64,000 nt of DNA from positions 3,658,001 to 3,722,000 of the forward strand of contig JBHGNT010000011.1 of assembly GCA_043228905.1 (NCBI GenBank), given 5' to 3'. The DNA comes from Azolla caroliniana. Its lineage: Eukaryota; Plantae; Polypodiophyta. Below, one piece after another: positions 13,512-26,543 of the stretch; the first letter of the stretch is position 1; every line of letters starts with the position of its first letter. Under the pieces are notes generated by a model. That model was given only the letters and a program-made list of their open reading frames with translations, searched no databases and had not been told where the DNA came from. The position numbers were made by a program, and so were the translations under genes.

Positions 13512-13984
13512 CACTTCAAAATTGGGAAAGCCATCTTAGTCTTCCAAGCACGCATGGGACAAATGCCGAGGAAACTACGTTTCTGATTGAACACGGCTGT
13601 ACTAGATAATAGGAGCCGAGAACGGGACATTCGAACTAGGCACCCTCACAGGCGAAGGTTTGTGTCAAAAAGTCAACGGTTTTCAATTAAAGTCGTATTT
13701 GGGACCCATGCTGCCAAACTCGTTTCGCGCCGATAAATATAATCCGGCCGTTTGCTTGGCAGAATGGAACGGACATTAAACGGGACCCACTAGTAAATAT
13801 GTAATATGAATTTACTATAAAACTAGCCTTAACCGTTAGGTCTAAAAAAAGAAGAAGAAAAAAAGCGCAATCACGACTATTAAAGGGACTTTATGCATGC
13901 ACACTTTCCAAGAAAGAGAGAACACATGCGTCCACACAATGATTGACAAACTTATGAACCCTAACTCACAAAAAGAAGACAACA

Positions 13985-14252
13985 TGCGTTCCTCTGCATA
14001 TCACAGAAAACATTCTCAAGCTCTTTGCTCTTCTCATTCTCCTCGCTCCCCACCCTCCCCGAGCCATCATAGACACTTGTGATCCTTGCCCCCTAGTCAC
14101 TCTCCCCGCGCATCTCGCCTGCGTTCCTGTGCATATCACAGAAAACATTGTCAAGCTCTTTGCTTTTCTCGTTCTCCTCGCTCCCCACCCTCCCCGAGCC
14201 ATCATAGACACTTGTGATCCTTGCCCCCTAGTCACTCTCCCCGCGCATCTCG
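13985..14252. repeat. 135-bp tandem duplication
   Basis: tgcgttcct...ccgcgcatctcg occurs at 13985 and 14120 with few mismatches. Confidence 0.9.
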
Positions 14253-14262
14253 ATAGGACGCC

Positions 14263-15242
14263 ATGTTGATCTTTATTTCCCCTGCTCTATGGCGGTGGCT
14301 ACACGACAAGGGCTTCGAAGGCTACATTCGGGTAGTAGAACCTCCACTACACCCCGATGCACAAGAGATGGCGAAGAAATTGAATGTCTACACCATCACA
14401 AACACCAGTATCAGGAAGAACTTGGGTTTGTCAGGAAGTGGCGAACGTCACTTCGAAATTTCCCCAGTAGACGCCCTCGTATAGTTTGTCGGAGAATATT
14501 CAACCTCCGCAAAGGCATACAGAACACGGGACATCCCTAACCCATTCTTTCGGGAAGTGGCAAAGTTCTTGTTGGAAGTAGGGTGCGTACATACCAACAC
14601 CTATGGGATGCCAAAGCAGAAAGCAGGCATCGTCACAAACACATTCGAGGACCGTTCCATTGACTAGGGAGTCATCATGGGGCCAGCCCTGAGAGAGGAC
14701 GTACACGTGTTTCAAGCTAGGAAAAATGTACGCCCTATCATCCAATAGTACTTGACAGTACTGCTTCCACCCCGCGACCTCCCCACCCCGGAAACAAGCC
14801 GTCAGACACCAACGCCACGGTCAGCAAGACGAAGACTAGCTGACCTCGCGGAGATAGAGTGGGAGGAAAAAGCAAACCCGTCGCAAGACAACCTACAAAC
14901 AACACACAGCCATCCCGATGGCAAACAACTGACAAAGTCCCAGGTTGAGCAAGAAACGACATGTGCAAGCCCGAGGCCCAAGCGTAGGAAGCTTGACAGA
15001 AAGGATGGTCGTGGACTTGTTAAGGATACAACCCCATGAGTCGAAAACTCCGCCCTTAGAGAGGCCACCATGACACTAGAGCTGATGTTCGAACCACGAC
15101 CAATAATAACCGAACAGTTGCAATGCTATAAGGGCATACTAACTTCGGAAAGCGAAGTTTTGTCTCACCCAAACATCCCGAACATGGCCCACGAGTTCGG
15201 CGCCCTCTTGCAATTCGGCACAACTTATGAGCTCATGGAGTT
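14263..15242 (+). pseudogene. Extra (post-pol) ORF of the Gypsy element, N-terminal part; function unknown
   Basis: Collinear ORF pieces MLIFISPALWRWLHDKGFEGYIRVVEPPLHP..., ...FREVAKFLLEVGC..., ...PRPKRRKL..., ...TYELMEF, cut at the D1 TSD. Confidence 0.6.
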
Positions 15243-18200
15243 TGTTGAGCGGCAAGCTCAACCTGATCCAAATCGGCTGAATAAGCTTGAGCCGGATCGA
15301 CATCTAGAAGGATCAGCCGGATCGGTGAGCTGGGGAGCCAGTTAGCCGGATCCATCAATAACTGGAAGCCTAATAGTAGCCTAGACTACTAGGAAGTTAA
15401 TGTCTCATAGTTAGTGTCAGGCACCTGTGTGAGCATTGAAATACACCGTACTTTTGTTAGTCCGTATGGACTTGTATAAAAGTTTTCACTGAACACATAC
15501 GATGTACAGATTGAGTATTATTTTTTAATAGAGTTTCTGTGTGTACTCTCTCACTGTCTGTCTCTCCCGCGTACTGTGTATCTCCTAAGTTCTCCATTAA
15601 ACCTGCGTTCCTGTGTGTTCGGTTTTCTATTGCTTCTGCATGCTATTCTTTTACATGGTATCAGAGCGCGAGGGTTGAGAACCTCTGCAGCCGACATAGC
15701 TTGAAAAGAAAAACAACCAAGAGGAATAGGAAAAACAAAATGGATAGAGGCATGGCTACCTCGCTTCCTACCGAGAAGCTCGACAGAAACAACTACGCAT
15801 CTTTGTCCTACAAGATGCACCAGTACCTGCTCGGGCACGGTTACTGGAGCTATTTTGACGGAGCAAATGACATAGCATCTGAATCGACAAACAGAGATTT
15901 CCCGGTGTCAGAATAATTGGCGAGCAGAGTACTATATTGCTTCGTGTCTTTTGTGAGCGAACAACTTCTAAGTTATATTCGGGATGCGAAAACGCCAAAG
16001 CATGCTTGGGGAAATCTGAAGAAGATTTTGACCGCAAGCACCACAACCAAGAAACTTCAACTCCGACAGGAGCTGAGCAACTTACGACAACGCAACTTGT
16101 CGGTGGCTAGTTACACCTCGAAGATCAAAGAGATATGCGACTCCTTAGCCTCTATCGATGTGAACGTCGAGGAAGGCGAGATGGTGCAGATCTGTGTCAG
16201 GGAACTAGCGTCAAAGTTCGGAGCGTTCTGAACTGGTGTGTGTACATAGGAGAATACACTGTCATTTTTCGACTTACAGTTGATGCTCCTTGTGGAGGAG
16301 AACCACGCCGATGTGTCAACAAGTGCACCCACCGACAACCGGATGCTGTACATGGAGGCAGATCAGCCCCGTGGGCGTGGTGGACGAGGCGGGTCGGCTT
16401 GCAATGGTAGTGGCCGGCAAGAGCACGAACAAAGGCATAGAGAAAGTGCCGATAGCAGTTCCGGACCCTCCACAAGTAGGGGGAGTCAAGGCGGCGGTGG
16501 AGGCCTACAAGCAAAGGCTGATATAGAATGTTGATACTATGGTAAAAAGGGCCACTGAGAAAGCGAGTGTTGGAAGAAGCGCACCGATTCGGACAAATCT
16601 GGATCCGGCAAGGCCGGGCAGAGAGAACCGGCAATACTCGCATTACGTAGAAGGATCGAGAGGATCCAAAACCGGAAAAGCCGGTAAAGGGCATGCCTTA
16701 GTGATGAAACACGAGGCTAACTCGATGAAGAAGATCACTTCCGAATCGAAGGAAGTGTGGTACGTTGATTCTTGTGCGTCGAATCACATGACGAGCCACA
16801 AAGAGTGGTTCTCCTTCTTGGAGAAACCGGAACAACCAGGAGTTGTCGAAACTAGAGACGACACTCCACACCCAATCGTGCATGTCGGAGAAGTCCCTTT
16901 GAGCCACGTCGGGCAGAGGGGGAAGCTGATGAACGTATTACACGTTCCAACCATCATGAAGAACCTGGTGTCAGTTGGACAGATTGTCGACTAGGGGATG
17001 CAGGTGCGGTTTACACACCTCGGGTGTTTCATCAAGGAAGAGGGCTAGATTATTGCGCAAGGGGGCAAATACGGGAGGATGTTCATCCTCGACACCAATG
17101 ACATAGGCACCGCTTTGTTTGCCAAAGGACAAAAGGTCAAATTGGGCATCGACCTGTGGCAGAAGCGGATCGGCCACGTCAATTACCGGAGGCTTCAAGA
17201 CCAGCAAATGAAACAAGTTGTTTTCGGTTTTCCGAAGTTTAGTGGCCAGAAGTCCCAAATATGTGAAGCCTGCCAACTCAGGAAGCAACACCGGCTTCCA
17301 TTCCCCACTGAACGAAACCGTAGCCGTAACAAGCTTGACCTTTTTCATTCGGATGTATGGGGACCGACACAAAACGTTAGTCTTGGCGGGAGTCGGTATT
17401 TCTTCTCCTTCATCGATGGCTACAACCGGCACACATGGATCTACCTCATAGAGCGGAAGAGCAAAGTCTTCGAGTGTTTCTGGAACCTGCAAAGCCTGGT
17501 TGATCGAGAAACAAAGAGGAAGATCATGTGGCAAAGATCGGATGGCGGAAAAGAATATTTTTTCGGCCTATTCAACAGTTATCTGCAGCAAAAAGGAATT
17601 CGAACAGAGTTCAGCTACAGGTACACATCGGAGCAAAACGGTGTGGCCGAAAGGAAGAACCGGTTGATTGTCGACGCAGCAAGGGCAATGCTGGAGGAGA
17701 AGAGTATGCCCCATTTCTACTGGGTGGAGGCGGTCCAGACGACCGTCTACATCCAAAACCGGATCGATGACAAGGTGTCCGCGCGTGAGCTATATTTCGA
17801 ACGCAAGTCGAATTTGAGACACCTTCCGATATTTGGTAGCATTGCATATGTGCATGTGCTGGATGAGAAGCGGAGGAAGTTGGATGCAAAGTCGAAGAAA
17901 TGCATCATGGTCGGTTACTCGCATGAGCAAAAGGGGTATAAGTGTTATAACCCCCGGACGAAGTAGGTCCAAGTTAGCTGGGATGTTGAGTTTGATGAGA
18001 CGGCATCATGGTATGTTTTATCGGCTCCGACTTCCGACCCCGACCCGATAGCGGAGGATGAGGCTAGTGAGCCTGAACCGGTCCAGATAGACGATGAACA
18101 TCTCGGCACTCTAGAAGAGAGTCCGATGTCATTTCCGTTAAGTGGACCGAATGAGCGGTTGAGTCGGGATGACCAGTCGGATGAGGAACCGTTGAGTAAT

Positions 18201-18818
18201 GGAGACTCTGTCATGCTCTCCCTGCACAAGGAACCAAGGAGACAGTTCACGCGCAAAGAGAAGGGGAAGAAGAAGATGCCGGAAAACAAAATCGGCAACG
18301 TTGAGTTGGATCGGAGCAAATCCAACTTTGGTATAGAAGAAGGCGGATCTTCTGGAATGAAGTCCGAACCGGCCAAGAAGGGCCTCAAACCGGGTACGGT
18401 AGATTATACCGATCTTCCCGCCAAAAGAACCCCGTGAAGCGGTACGGGTACAATGAGTACATGGCGCATCATTATGCGTACATGAGCAAGGTGGCGGAAG
18501 TGCGTGAGCTAGAGAGCTACGCAGAAGTGGCAAAGGACGCAAGTTGGCGTGCCGCTATGGAGGAAGAAATGCGGGCACTTGATGCCAACAACACATGGGA
18601 CCTAATTGACCCTCCCCGACACTATAAACCGATCGGATGTAAGTGGGTGTAGAAGGTAAAGTACAATGCAAACGGTTTGGTTAACCGGTACAAGGCCCGG
18701 TTAGTGGCGAAGGGATACACGCAGACCCACAAAATTGACTACGACAAGACCTTCGCTCCGGTAGCAAAGATGACGACGGTTCGTGTGGTGTTGGCGGTTG
18801 CTGCGGCAAGGGGGTGGC

Positions 18819-21800
18819 TGTCGAATACAAGTGTATAATGGACGTATTCACACTATCCCTTTGGGCCATTTGTGTAATTAGCATAAAGGGTAGTTGCCCT
18901 AAGTCGGTCTCTATATATAGTGACCTTGTAACCTTTTTGTAAGGTTGGGTGTTGTATTATTGATTCTCTTGAATAGAAAGTCTTTTGTGCCTCTCTCTCT
19001 CTCTCTCTCTGTGCAACGACCTACGAACTGTCATACGCAGGTATTCAAGAACCAATCGAATGCTTCTTGATCTTCCGCATAGACGACCTCGTCTTCAACA
19101 TCTGGTATCAGAGCCTGCACAGTAGGTCCTTCAATCTGCTGTCGGCCGTCGTCTCAGCCTGCACAGCATTCGGTTTCCTGCGTCATTCGAAGAAGAGAGA
19201 AGAAGAAGAGAAACGAGGCTTGCATCTCATCGCGTTAGATCATCTTCGCTTGGAGTAAGCTAGCAGGTTGTACTCTGTTCCTTGTGATCGTAACCGCTCG
19301 AGGTGAAATCCCCTTGTGCAACATTGACACGATCGTGCTCCACTCGGTTAAACAGCGTCCGAAAAGGTCATTAAACGCTGCTCGTCGCTCGTTGTAACCA
19401 CTCGGTGCAGATCGGTCTCAAGACAACAACCCCAATTCGCGCTTCATCCGGCTGATCGACATTCGGGAGGATCAGTTGGATCTGTCTCTCTCGTCGCTAC
19501 AGCCACCCGAAGCAGAATCGGTCCAGATAATCGGTTTCAATAATCGGTATTCGGCATATATATATATCCGAAGCGAACCGGGCTCACTCCGACTCGGCAA
19601 CATTCGGGAAGACCAGTCGGTTCTGTCCCTCAAGCTACCGGAGTCAATTCGAGCAAGTTCCGAAGCCGAACCGACTCGGGTTCAAATCCGACTAGAACGA
19701 TATCGGGTGAGCCAACCGGCTGCACTCCAACAAGGCTCGTAGTCAACTCCGAACCGAGCTTCGTCAACCGAAACCCAATTTGATGGCATCAACATCCGGC
19801 TCGTCAGAAATGAGTCTACGAAAGTTCGATGGATCGAACTTCAACTTCTGGAAGGAACAAATGCAGGACTATCTCATAGTCAAGGGGCAAATCGATCCCA
19901 TCGAAAATGAAGAACCTCCAGAAGGATACAAACCAATTGAGTGGCAGAAGCTGGACAGAATCGTCCGCGCCACGATTCGGATGCACCTATCGGAATCGGT
20001 ATACTTTACGGTGCAATCGTGTACGACAGCATTCGAACTGTGGAAAACACTGTCGGACACTTACGAAAAGAAGGTCGCCGCAACGAAGATGTTTCTGATC
20101 CGGCGCCTCTACAACTTGCGGATGAAAGAATCCGATTCGGTTCAAGCACACCTCAATGAGTACGAAAGCATAAGCTCCCAAATCTCGTCACAGGGGACGG
20201 CAATCGAGGATGAACTCAGAGCAATGATACTCATGAGTAGCCTTCCCTCATCATGGGAAACTTTCGTCACAACCATGTGCAACGCGTCAACCACGGCTGT
20301 TAAGTACTCCGAAGTCACGAGCGCAATCCTGACCGAAGCAGCTCGGAGAAAGTCTTTCGCCAAAGACTCAACAGACGACGCTTATGTAGTACAAGGTTCG
20401 ACAGACCGATCGAACATACGAGGAAGAGATTCCTCACGGCCGCCGAACAATCAGCGAAGACGGAGCCAGTCACGGGATAACCGAATCTGCAACTATTGCA
20501 AGAAACCCGGACACATCAAAGCCGACTGCCGCGCACTCAAGAACAAGAACAACAAGAAGAGTGGCCGGCATGAGGAGATCAATTACGTCAACTTCTCAGC
20601 TGATGTGCTACCAGACGACCCGAATATACTATCAATCGAAAATCCAGTCGGATCAGAAGTCCTACTCACGACTGAAGAGTCGAGCACATGGCTCTTAGAT
20701 TCGGGCGCGTCATTTCACGTGACTCCTCATCGATCCCAATTTCGGCAATATACGATCCGTCACTCCGACTCAGTTCGAGTCGGCAACTCACAACACTGTG
20801 ACATCATCGGAATCGGCACAGTAGAGCTCAACCTTGCAGGTGGCTCTACACTTGTACTCCACAATGTCCGACATGTACCCGAGCTCTCAAGGCCATTGAT
20901 CTCAATCGGACAACTAGATGAAGACGGCATTCGTGCCGGTTTTTCTTCGGGAGGGTGGACACTCCACAGGGGGAACCTCCTGCTTGCTAGAGGACCCAAG
21001 ATACACTCACTGTATCCGTTACATGTTACGCTCAGAGAGGGTAACCTGTTTTTGGTGGATATTCCTGTGTCATCACTATGGCACAGAAGATTAGGACACC
21101 TCAGCAAGGCCGGCATTACGCATCTATCTAGAGCCGGATACATCCCAAAACTCTCCTTCTCCGACCATCAATTCTGCGAGCATTGCCAGTATGGCAAACA
21201 AGCAGCCGCATCACACCCGACATCAGCACCAAGAGAAACGAGACCTCTTGATTTGGTCCACTCGGACGTCTGTGGCCCAATGCCGCATCAGTCTCTCGGC
21301 GGTGCCTCTTACTTCGTCACTTTTATTGACGATTCGACTCGAAAGGTGTGGGCTTATCCGATTCGCACCAAAGATCGGGTCTTCTCGATCTTCACCGATT
21401 GGCTCGCTATGGTAGAAAATCAAACCGACCGAAAGCTGAAATGCTTTCGGACAGACAATGGGGGAGAGTTCAAATCCGAAGAATTCGTCAAATTCTGCCG
21501 ACAACGCGGCATCCGACGTGAATTTACGGCACCACACAGCCCGGAGCAAAACGGGATTGCCGAACGCATGAATCGCACAATCCAAGAACGGATAGTTTCC
21601 ATGCTCCAACACTCCGGACTGTCGGATGGCTTCTGGGCAGAGGCTCTACTCATGGCAGTACACATAATCAATATGTCGCCAAGTAGACCTCTAGGACTTC
21701 AAATTCCTCAGGAACGATGGATCGGCAGTAAGCCGAATTACGACAAGCTGAGAATCTTCGGATGCGAGGCGTACGCCCTTATTCCGAAAGATGATCGCCG

Positions 21801-24271
21801 AAAACTTGCACCTCGGTCCAGGAAATGCATTTTCCTTGGATATGGATCCGACGGCGAAATGGGATACCGACTCTGGGATCCCGAACGCAGACAAATCGTC
21901 CGAAGTTCGGACGTTGTGTTCAACGAGTCGGCTATGAATCCATCAGTCGAAAAACCGATCGAAGTCCGAAGGGTAACATTTTCCGATGTGCCGACCCTTC
22001 AAGAAGGCCCCGCTCTCAACACACGGTCAGCTTCACGGGTAGCTGAACCTTACACTACCGACTCGGACAACTCCGACTCGGCACAACAGAACAATCCGCT
22101 TTCGGACCATCCGACCACGATACCCGATGCGACCAGTCCAATCATACCTCGACGATCCGAGAGACTGTCGCAACCTCCGGAGAGGTACTCTCCTGGAATT
22201 TTCTTCACCGACGCCGGCGAACCGACGTCTTACGAAGAAGCATCGACATCTGTCGATTCAGCCACCTGGCATCTGGCGATGGAGTCGGAAATGCACTCCA
22301 TTCGGGCAAACAAGACTTGGGATCTGGTCGAATTACCTAAGAACCGACGTGCTCTTCCTTGCAAGTGGGTTTATCGACTAAAAGAGACGTCTGATTCGAC
22401 CACCCCAAAGTACAAGGCCAGATTAGTTGCGAAGGGCTTCCGACAAGAATATGGCGTCGACTTCGACGAGATTTTTTCACCAGTGGTGAAAATGACAACC
22501 CTTCGTTTTCTACTCGGCGTAGTGGCAGCCGACAACTTGGAGCTGATTCAGCTAGATGTCAAAACAACCTTCCTCCATGGTGATCTCGAGGAGGAAATTT
22601 ATATGGAGCAGCCAAAAGGCTTCGTGGCAACTGGCCAAGAACATCTAGTTTGCCGACTCAGGAAGAGTCTATACGGCCTCAAACAGGCACCACGACAATG
22701 GTACAAGAAGTTCGACGACTTCATCCAATCGATCGGCTTCTCCAAAAGCGATGAGGACCATTGTCTCTTCACCAACACAGCTCACGATGGATCACCCATC
22801 TTCCTCATCATTTACGTGGACGACATGCTAATTTCTGGACGCCACGCGGGCGAACTTGCCGATCTCATTCGGCAACTGCGGTTGAAGTTTGCCATGAAGG
22901 ACCTCGGTCCAGCACGACACATACTCGGCATGAAGATTAGTCGGCATCGCGATAAACGACATCTTTTTTTGTCTCAGACCGACTATATCCGACGTATCTT
23001 GGAACGCTTCAACATGCAATCAGCCAAATCTGCTTCAACCCCGCTCCCCATGAATCTTCGGCTCTCTCAGCGAGACTGCCCGACATCCGGCCCGGAGGGG
23101 GAAGATATGAAGTTGGTACCGTATGCACCGGCAGTCGGCTCCCTTATGTACCTGATGGTCGCGACACGGCCTGATATTTCTCACGTCGTAGGAGTTGTTA
23201 GCAGATTTATGCACAATCCCAGCCGATCGCATTGGAACGCAGTCAAGCATGTGTTCAGATATCTGGCTGGCACAAAAGACCACGGCATTCTCTTCGGTCC
23301 GAACCGAACCTCAGGCGTAGTCGGTTACACCGACTCGGACTTCGCCGGCTGTATAGACAGTCGGAAATCAACAACCGGATACTGCTTCAAATTCGGCAAT
23401 GGAGCAATTTCGTGGAAGTCGAAACTTCAGGAGTGCACAGTGACCTCAACGACCGAAGCAGAATATGTAGCTGCGTCCGACGCAGCAAAAGAAGCCTTAT
23501 GGCTCGGTCGGCTGGCGCACACGTTTCGGCAAGTCGATCATGACTCGGCCCCAGTTGTCTATAGCGACAGTCAAGGTGCTGTTGCCCTGTCGAAAAATCC
23601 GGTTCACCACAACGCCTCCAAACATATCGACGTTCGATATCACTTCGTTCGGGACTGCGTCATCTCAGGGAAAATCGGTCTAGAGAAAATATCCACAACC
23701 GACAATGTCGCAGATGGAATGACCAAGTCTCTTTCGGCAGACCGCTTTCGGTCTCTTCGGCATCAGATGGGCGTAACGACAAACCAGTCCGGTTAGAGCC
23801 GGACACAGAGCAGGATGGTTCCCGACAACCGACATCAGTTCCTTAATGATCGGCTTCAACTGTTCCGACCCGACCAGTTCGGTCTTCTGCCTTCGGACCC
23901 TGCCGACTCGAACAAAGCTGATATGTCCGAGAACCTAAGTCTATACCTGTAATCTTAGATAACCCATGTATACGCCCATTACGGGGGAGTGTCGAATACA
24001 AGTGTATAATGGACGTATTCACACTATCCCTTTGGGCCATTTGTGTAATTAGCATAAAGGGTAGTTGCCCTAAGTCGGTCTCTATATATAGTGACCTTGT
24101 AACCTTTTTGTAAGGTTGGGTGTTGTATTATTGATTCTCTTGAATAGAAAGTCTTTTGTGCCTCTCTCTCTCTCTCTCTCTGTGCAACGACCTACGAACT
24201 GTCATACGCAGGTATTCAAGAACCAATCGAATGCTTCTTGATCTTCCGCATAGACGACCTCGTCTTCAACA
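18819..24271 (+). mobile_element. Ty1/Copia element A1, intact: 282-bp LTRs 18819-19100 and 23990-24271, PBS 19103-19114, PPT 23983-23989, TSD GTGGC
   Basis: gtggc on both flanks; I see no difference between the LTRs; TG...CA ends; single long ORF. Confidence 0.98.
19783..23796 (+). CDS. Copia Gag-Pol polyprotein (Gag, CCHC, protease, integrase, RT, RNaseH), ~1337 aa, uninterrupted
   Basis: CNYCKKPGHIKADC, LLDSGASFH, WHRRLGH, HSDVCGP, RTDNGGEF, QNGIAERMNRT, YVDDML, KHIDVRYHFVR, in Copia INT-RT order. Confidence 0.97.
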   Translation: MASTSGSSEMSLRKFDGSNFNFWKEQMQDYLIVKGQIDPIENEEPPEGYKPIEWQKLDRIVRATIRMHLSESVYFTVQSCTTAFELWKTLSDTYEKKVAATKMFLIRRLYNLRMKESDSVQAHLNEYESISSQISSQGTAIEDELRAMILMSSLPSSWETFVTTMCNASTTAVKYSEVTSAILTEAARRKSFAKDSTDDAYVVQGSTDRSNIRGRDSSRPPNNQRRRSQSRDNRICNYCKKPGHIKADCRALKNKNNKKSGRHEEINYVNFSADVLPDDPNILSIENPVGSEVLLTTEESSTWLLDSGASFHVTPHRSQFRQYTIRHSDSVRVGNSQHCDIIGIGTVELNLAGGSTLVLHNVRHVPELSRPLISIGQLDEDGIRAGFSSGGWTLHRGNLLLARGPKIHSLYPLHVTLREGNLFLVDIPVSSLWHRRLGHLSKAGITHLSRAGYIPKLSFSDHQFCEHCQYGKQAAASHPTSAPRETRPLDLVHSDVCGPMPHQSLGGASYFVTFIDDSTRKVWAYPIRTKDRVFSIFTDWLAMVENQTDRKLKCFRTDNGGEFKSEEFVKFCRQRGIRREFTAPHSPEQNGIAERMNRTIQERIVSMLQHSGLSDGFWAEALLMAVHIINMSPSRPLGLQIPQERWIGSKPNYDKLRIFGCEAYALIPKDDRRKLAPRSRKCIFLGYGSDGEMGYRLWDPERRQIVRSSDVVFNESAMNPSVEKPIEVRRVTFSDVPTLQEGPALNTRSASRVAEPYTTDSDNSDSAQQNNPLSDHPTTIPDATSPIIPRRSERLSQPPERYSPGIFFTDAGEPTSYEEASTSVDSATWHLAMESEMHSIRANKTWDLVELPKNRRALPCKWVYRLKETSDSTTPKYKARLVAKGFRQEYGVDFDEIFSPVVKMTTLRFLLGVVAADNLELIQLDVKTTFLHGDLEEEIYMEQPKGFVATGQEHLVCRLRKSLYGLKQAPRQWYKKFDDFIQSIGFSKSDEDHCLFTNTAHDGSPIFLIIYVDDMLISGRHAGELADLIRQLRLKFAMKDLGPARHILGMKISRHRDKRHLFLSQTDYIRRILERFNMQSAKSASTPLPMNLRLSQRDCPTSGPEGEDMKLVPYAPAVGSLMYLMVATRPDISHVVGVVSRFMHNPSRSHWNAVKHVFRYLAGTKDHGILFGPNRTSGVVGYTDSDFAGCIDSRKSTTGYCFKFGNGAISWKSKLQECTVTSTTEAEYVAASDAAKEALWLGRLAHTFRQVDHDSAPVVYSDSQGAVALSKNPVHHNASKHIDVRYHFVRDCVISGKIGLEKISTTDNVADGMTKSLSADRFRSLRHQMGVTTNQSG

Positions 24272-26543
24272 GTGGCATCTTCACCAAATGGACGTGAAGA
24301 ATTCATTTCTTCAAGGTGATCTTGAAGAAGAGGTCTTTATGACCCAACCCCCCAGTTTCCAGTCGGAGATGAACATGTTGGCGGTATGACGGCTGCAAAA
24401 GTGACTTTATGGCTTGAAGCAAGCTCCCCGAGCGAAAAATGCAAAGATCACGCACCGATTGCGTAAGATGGGGTTTGTGGCCTCCAAGTCTGACTCTTCG
24501 TTGTTCATCTGGCAAGATCCGGATGGTTCCATTTGCATCTTGTTGTATGTTGATGATCTGGTCATCACCGGACCCAGACTCGATGAAATCAGCCGAGTCA
24601 AGTCCCAGCTGTCCGATGCATTTGAGATGAAGGACCTAGGGGACCTTCACTATTTCCTTGGGATCGAGGTGATCCGAACCCCGGACGGCATATTGCTCTC
24701 ACAAAGACACTATGTGTTGAATATGTTGTACAAGTTTGGCATGAAAGAATGCCGACCTATCTCTACACCCTTGGACCGGAACCAGAAGCTTCATCCCGAC
24801 TCTGGATTGGCTTGCAATGAGAAATGGTTCTGACAAATCGTCGGAAGCCTTATATATTTGACAATCACCCGGCTTGGCATCAGTTATCCGGTCGGCGTGA
24901 TTAGCCAATATATGTAGAAGCTGACTATGGAGCACCTTCTGTGCGCGCATCGAATTTTGCGATATGTGAGCAACACAAAGGAACGGGGACTGTTATACCG
25001 ACATGGTATAACCAAAGAGCTAGTCGGCTACACCAATGCGGACTAGGTCGGCGATGCATCGGATCGACGATCCACTTCCGGCTATATGTTTTCCCTTGGT
25101 AGTGCGGCTGTTGCGTGGAGCAACAAAAAGCAACCAACAGTGGCCCTTTCAAGCACTGAGGCTGAATACCAGGGCGCTACCGTTGCCACCTGTGAAGCCA
25201 TTTGGCTTCGGCGACTGCTGGAAGACATGTGAATCGAGGTGTCGACCCCGATCCTGATCTACTACAACAACATAAGCAGCATGCAGCTCGCCAAGAACCT
25301 CGTATTCCATGCTCGCACAAAGCACATAGAAGTGCACTACCACTTCGTGCGTGAGCGTGTCCTAAGCAGTGAAGTCGAATTTCGGTATGTTCATACGGAT
25401 CGGCAAGTTGCCGACATCTTCACCAAACCGCTCGGATCGGACAAGTTGCAGCACTTCACCGAAATGCTTGGTGTTCAGCTTCTCGATGTGCCACACTTGA
25501 GGGGGAGTACTGGCAAAGACACTGGAATGGGCAAAGGCAAAGAGACTATCGGTTGCACCGGTAAGGGAAGAACCAACAAGGGGAGAGACAAGAAGAAGAA
25601 AGGAGTTGAGTCGACAAGGGAAGTTGATACATCTGAACAAGTTGGAACAAGTGGCAGTAGTGGTAGAGTCAAGAAGGACAGAGCAGCCAAGACTGGGACA
25701 TGGTCCGATGTGGTGAAGGGCCTGGAATCGGAAAACGAATCGGGAGCGACCGATTTGGACAAGAGCTGGAATGAATCAGTGACAGTCGATTTGGTTCAAT
25801 AGACGGATTCGGAAGAACTGGATCAATTCAAGACCAAGATGACGAGAAGGCAACGAAAGTCGACGCCAACACGAAGGAATCAGCGAATTGGCAAGCACCG
25901 AAGTCACAATAGTGAGGGAGCTGAATTGGACCCGTTGAATAGACAAGCCGACCGAGGAGGTCGAGGTGCGCAGAAATAGAAGGGTTGCGGCAAACGGGAC
26001 CAGACCGGACGAGGAGTGCGAGCGAGGCGGAGTGACGCTCGAAGGAGCCGGGTGGAAGGACCACCTACCATGGAAATTGACACTACGATCCGACCTCCAG
26101 TTGAGCTTGAGGGGGAGTGTTGAGTGGCAAGCTCAACCAGATCTGGATCGGCTGAATAAGCCTAAGCCATATCGGCATCCAGAAGGATGAGCCAGATCGA
26201 TGAGCCGGTGAGTTGGGGAGCCGGTTAACTGGATCCATCAGTAACCGGAAGCCTAGTAACAACCTAGACTACTAGGAAGTTAATGTCTGATAGTTAGTGT
26301 CAGGCGCTTGTGTGAGCATTGAAGTACATCATACTTTTGTCAGTCCGTATGGACTTGTATAAAAGTGTTCACTGAACACATACGATGTACAGATTGAGAA
26401 TTATTTTTTAATACAGTTTCTGTGTGTGCTCTCTCACTATCTGTCTCTCCTGCGTACTGTGTATATCCTAAGCTCTCCATTAAACCTGCATTCCTGTGTG
26501 TTCGGTTTTCTATTGCTTCTGCACGCTATTATTTTACAGAGTT

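Larger units (their letters stand above)
15243..26538 (+). mobile_element. Ty1/Copia element D1, full-length but degenerate: LTRs 15243-15655 and 26118-26538, PBS 15656-15667, TSD GAGTT; interrupted by A1
   Basis: gagtt flanks both ends. The LTRs are similar but visibly diverged. Motifs: EKLDRNNYAS, WYVDSCASNHMT, HSDVWGP, EQNGVAERKNR, LLYVDDLVITG, HARTKHIEVHYHFVRE. Many stops. Confidence 0.95.

Noticed and set aside
19103-19114. tggtatcagagc as a tRNA gene fragment (also 10948, 15656, 45425, 48487, 59710)
   Set aside because: These are primer-binding sites complementary to the tRNA-iMet 3' end; no cloverleaf is present.
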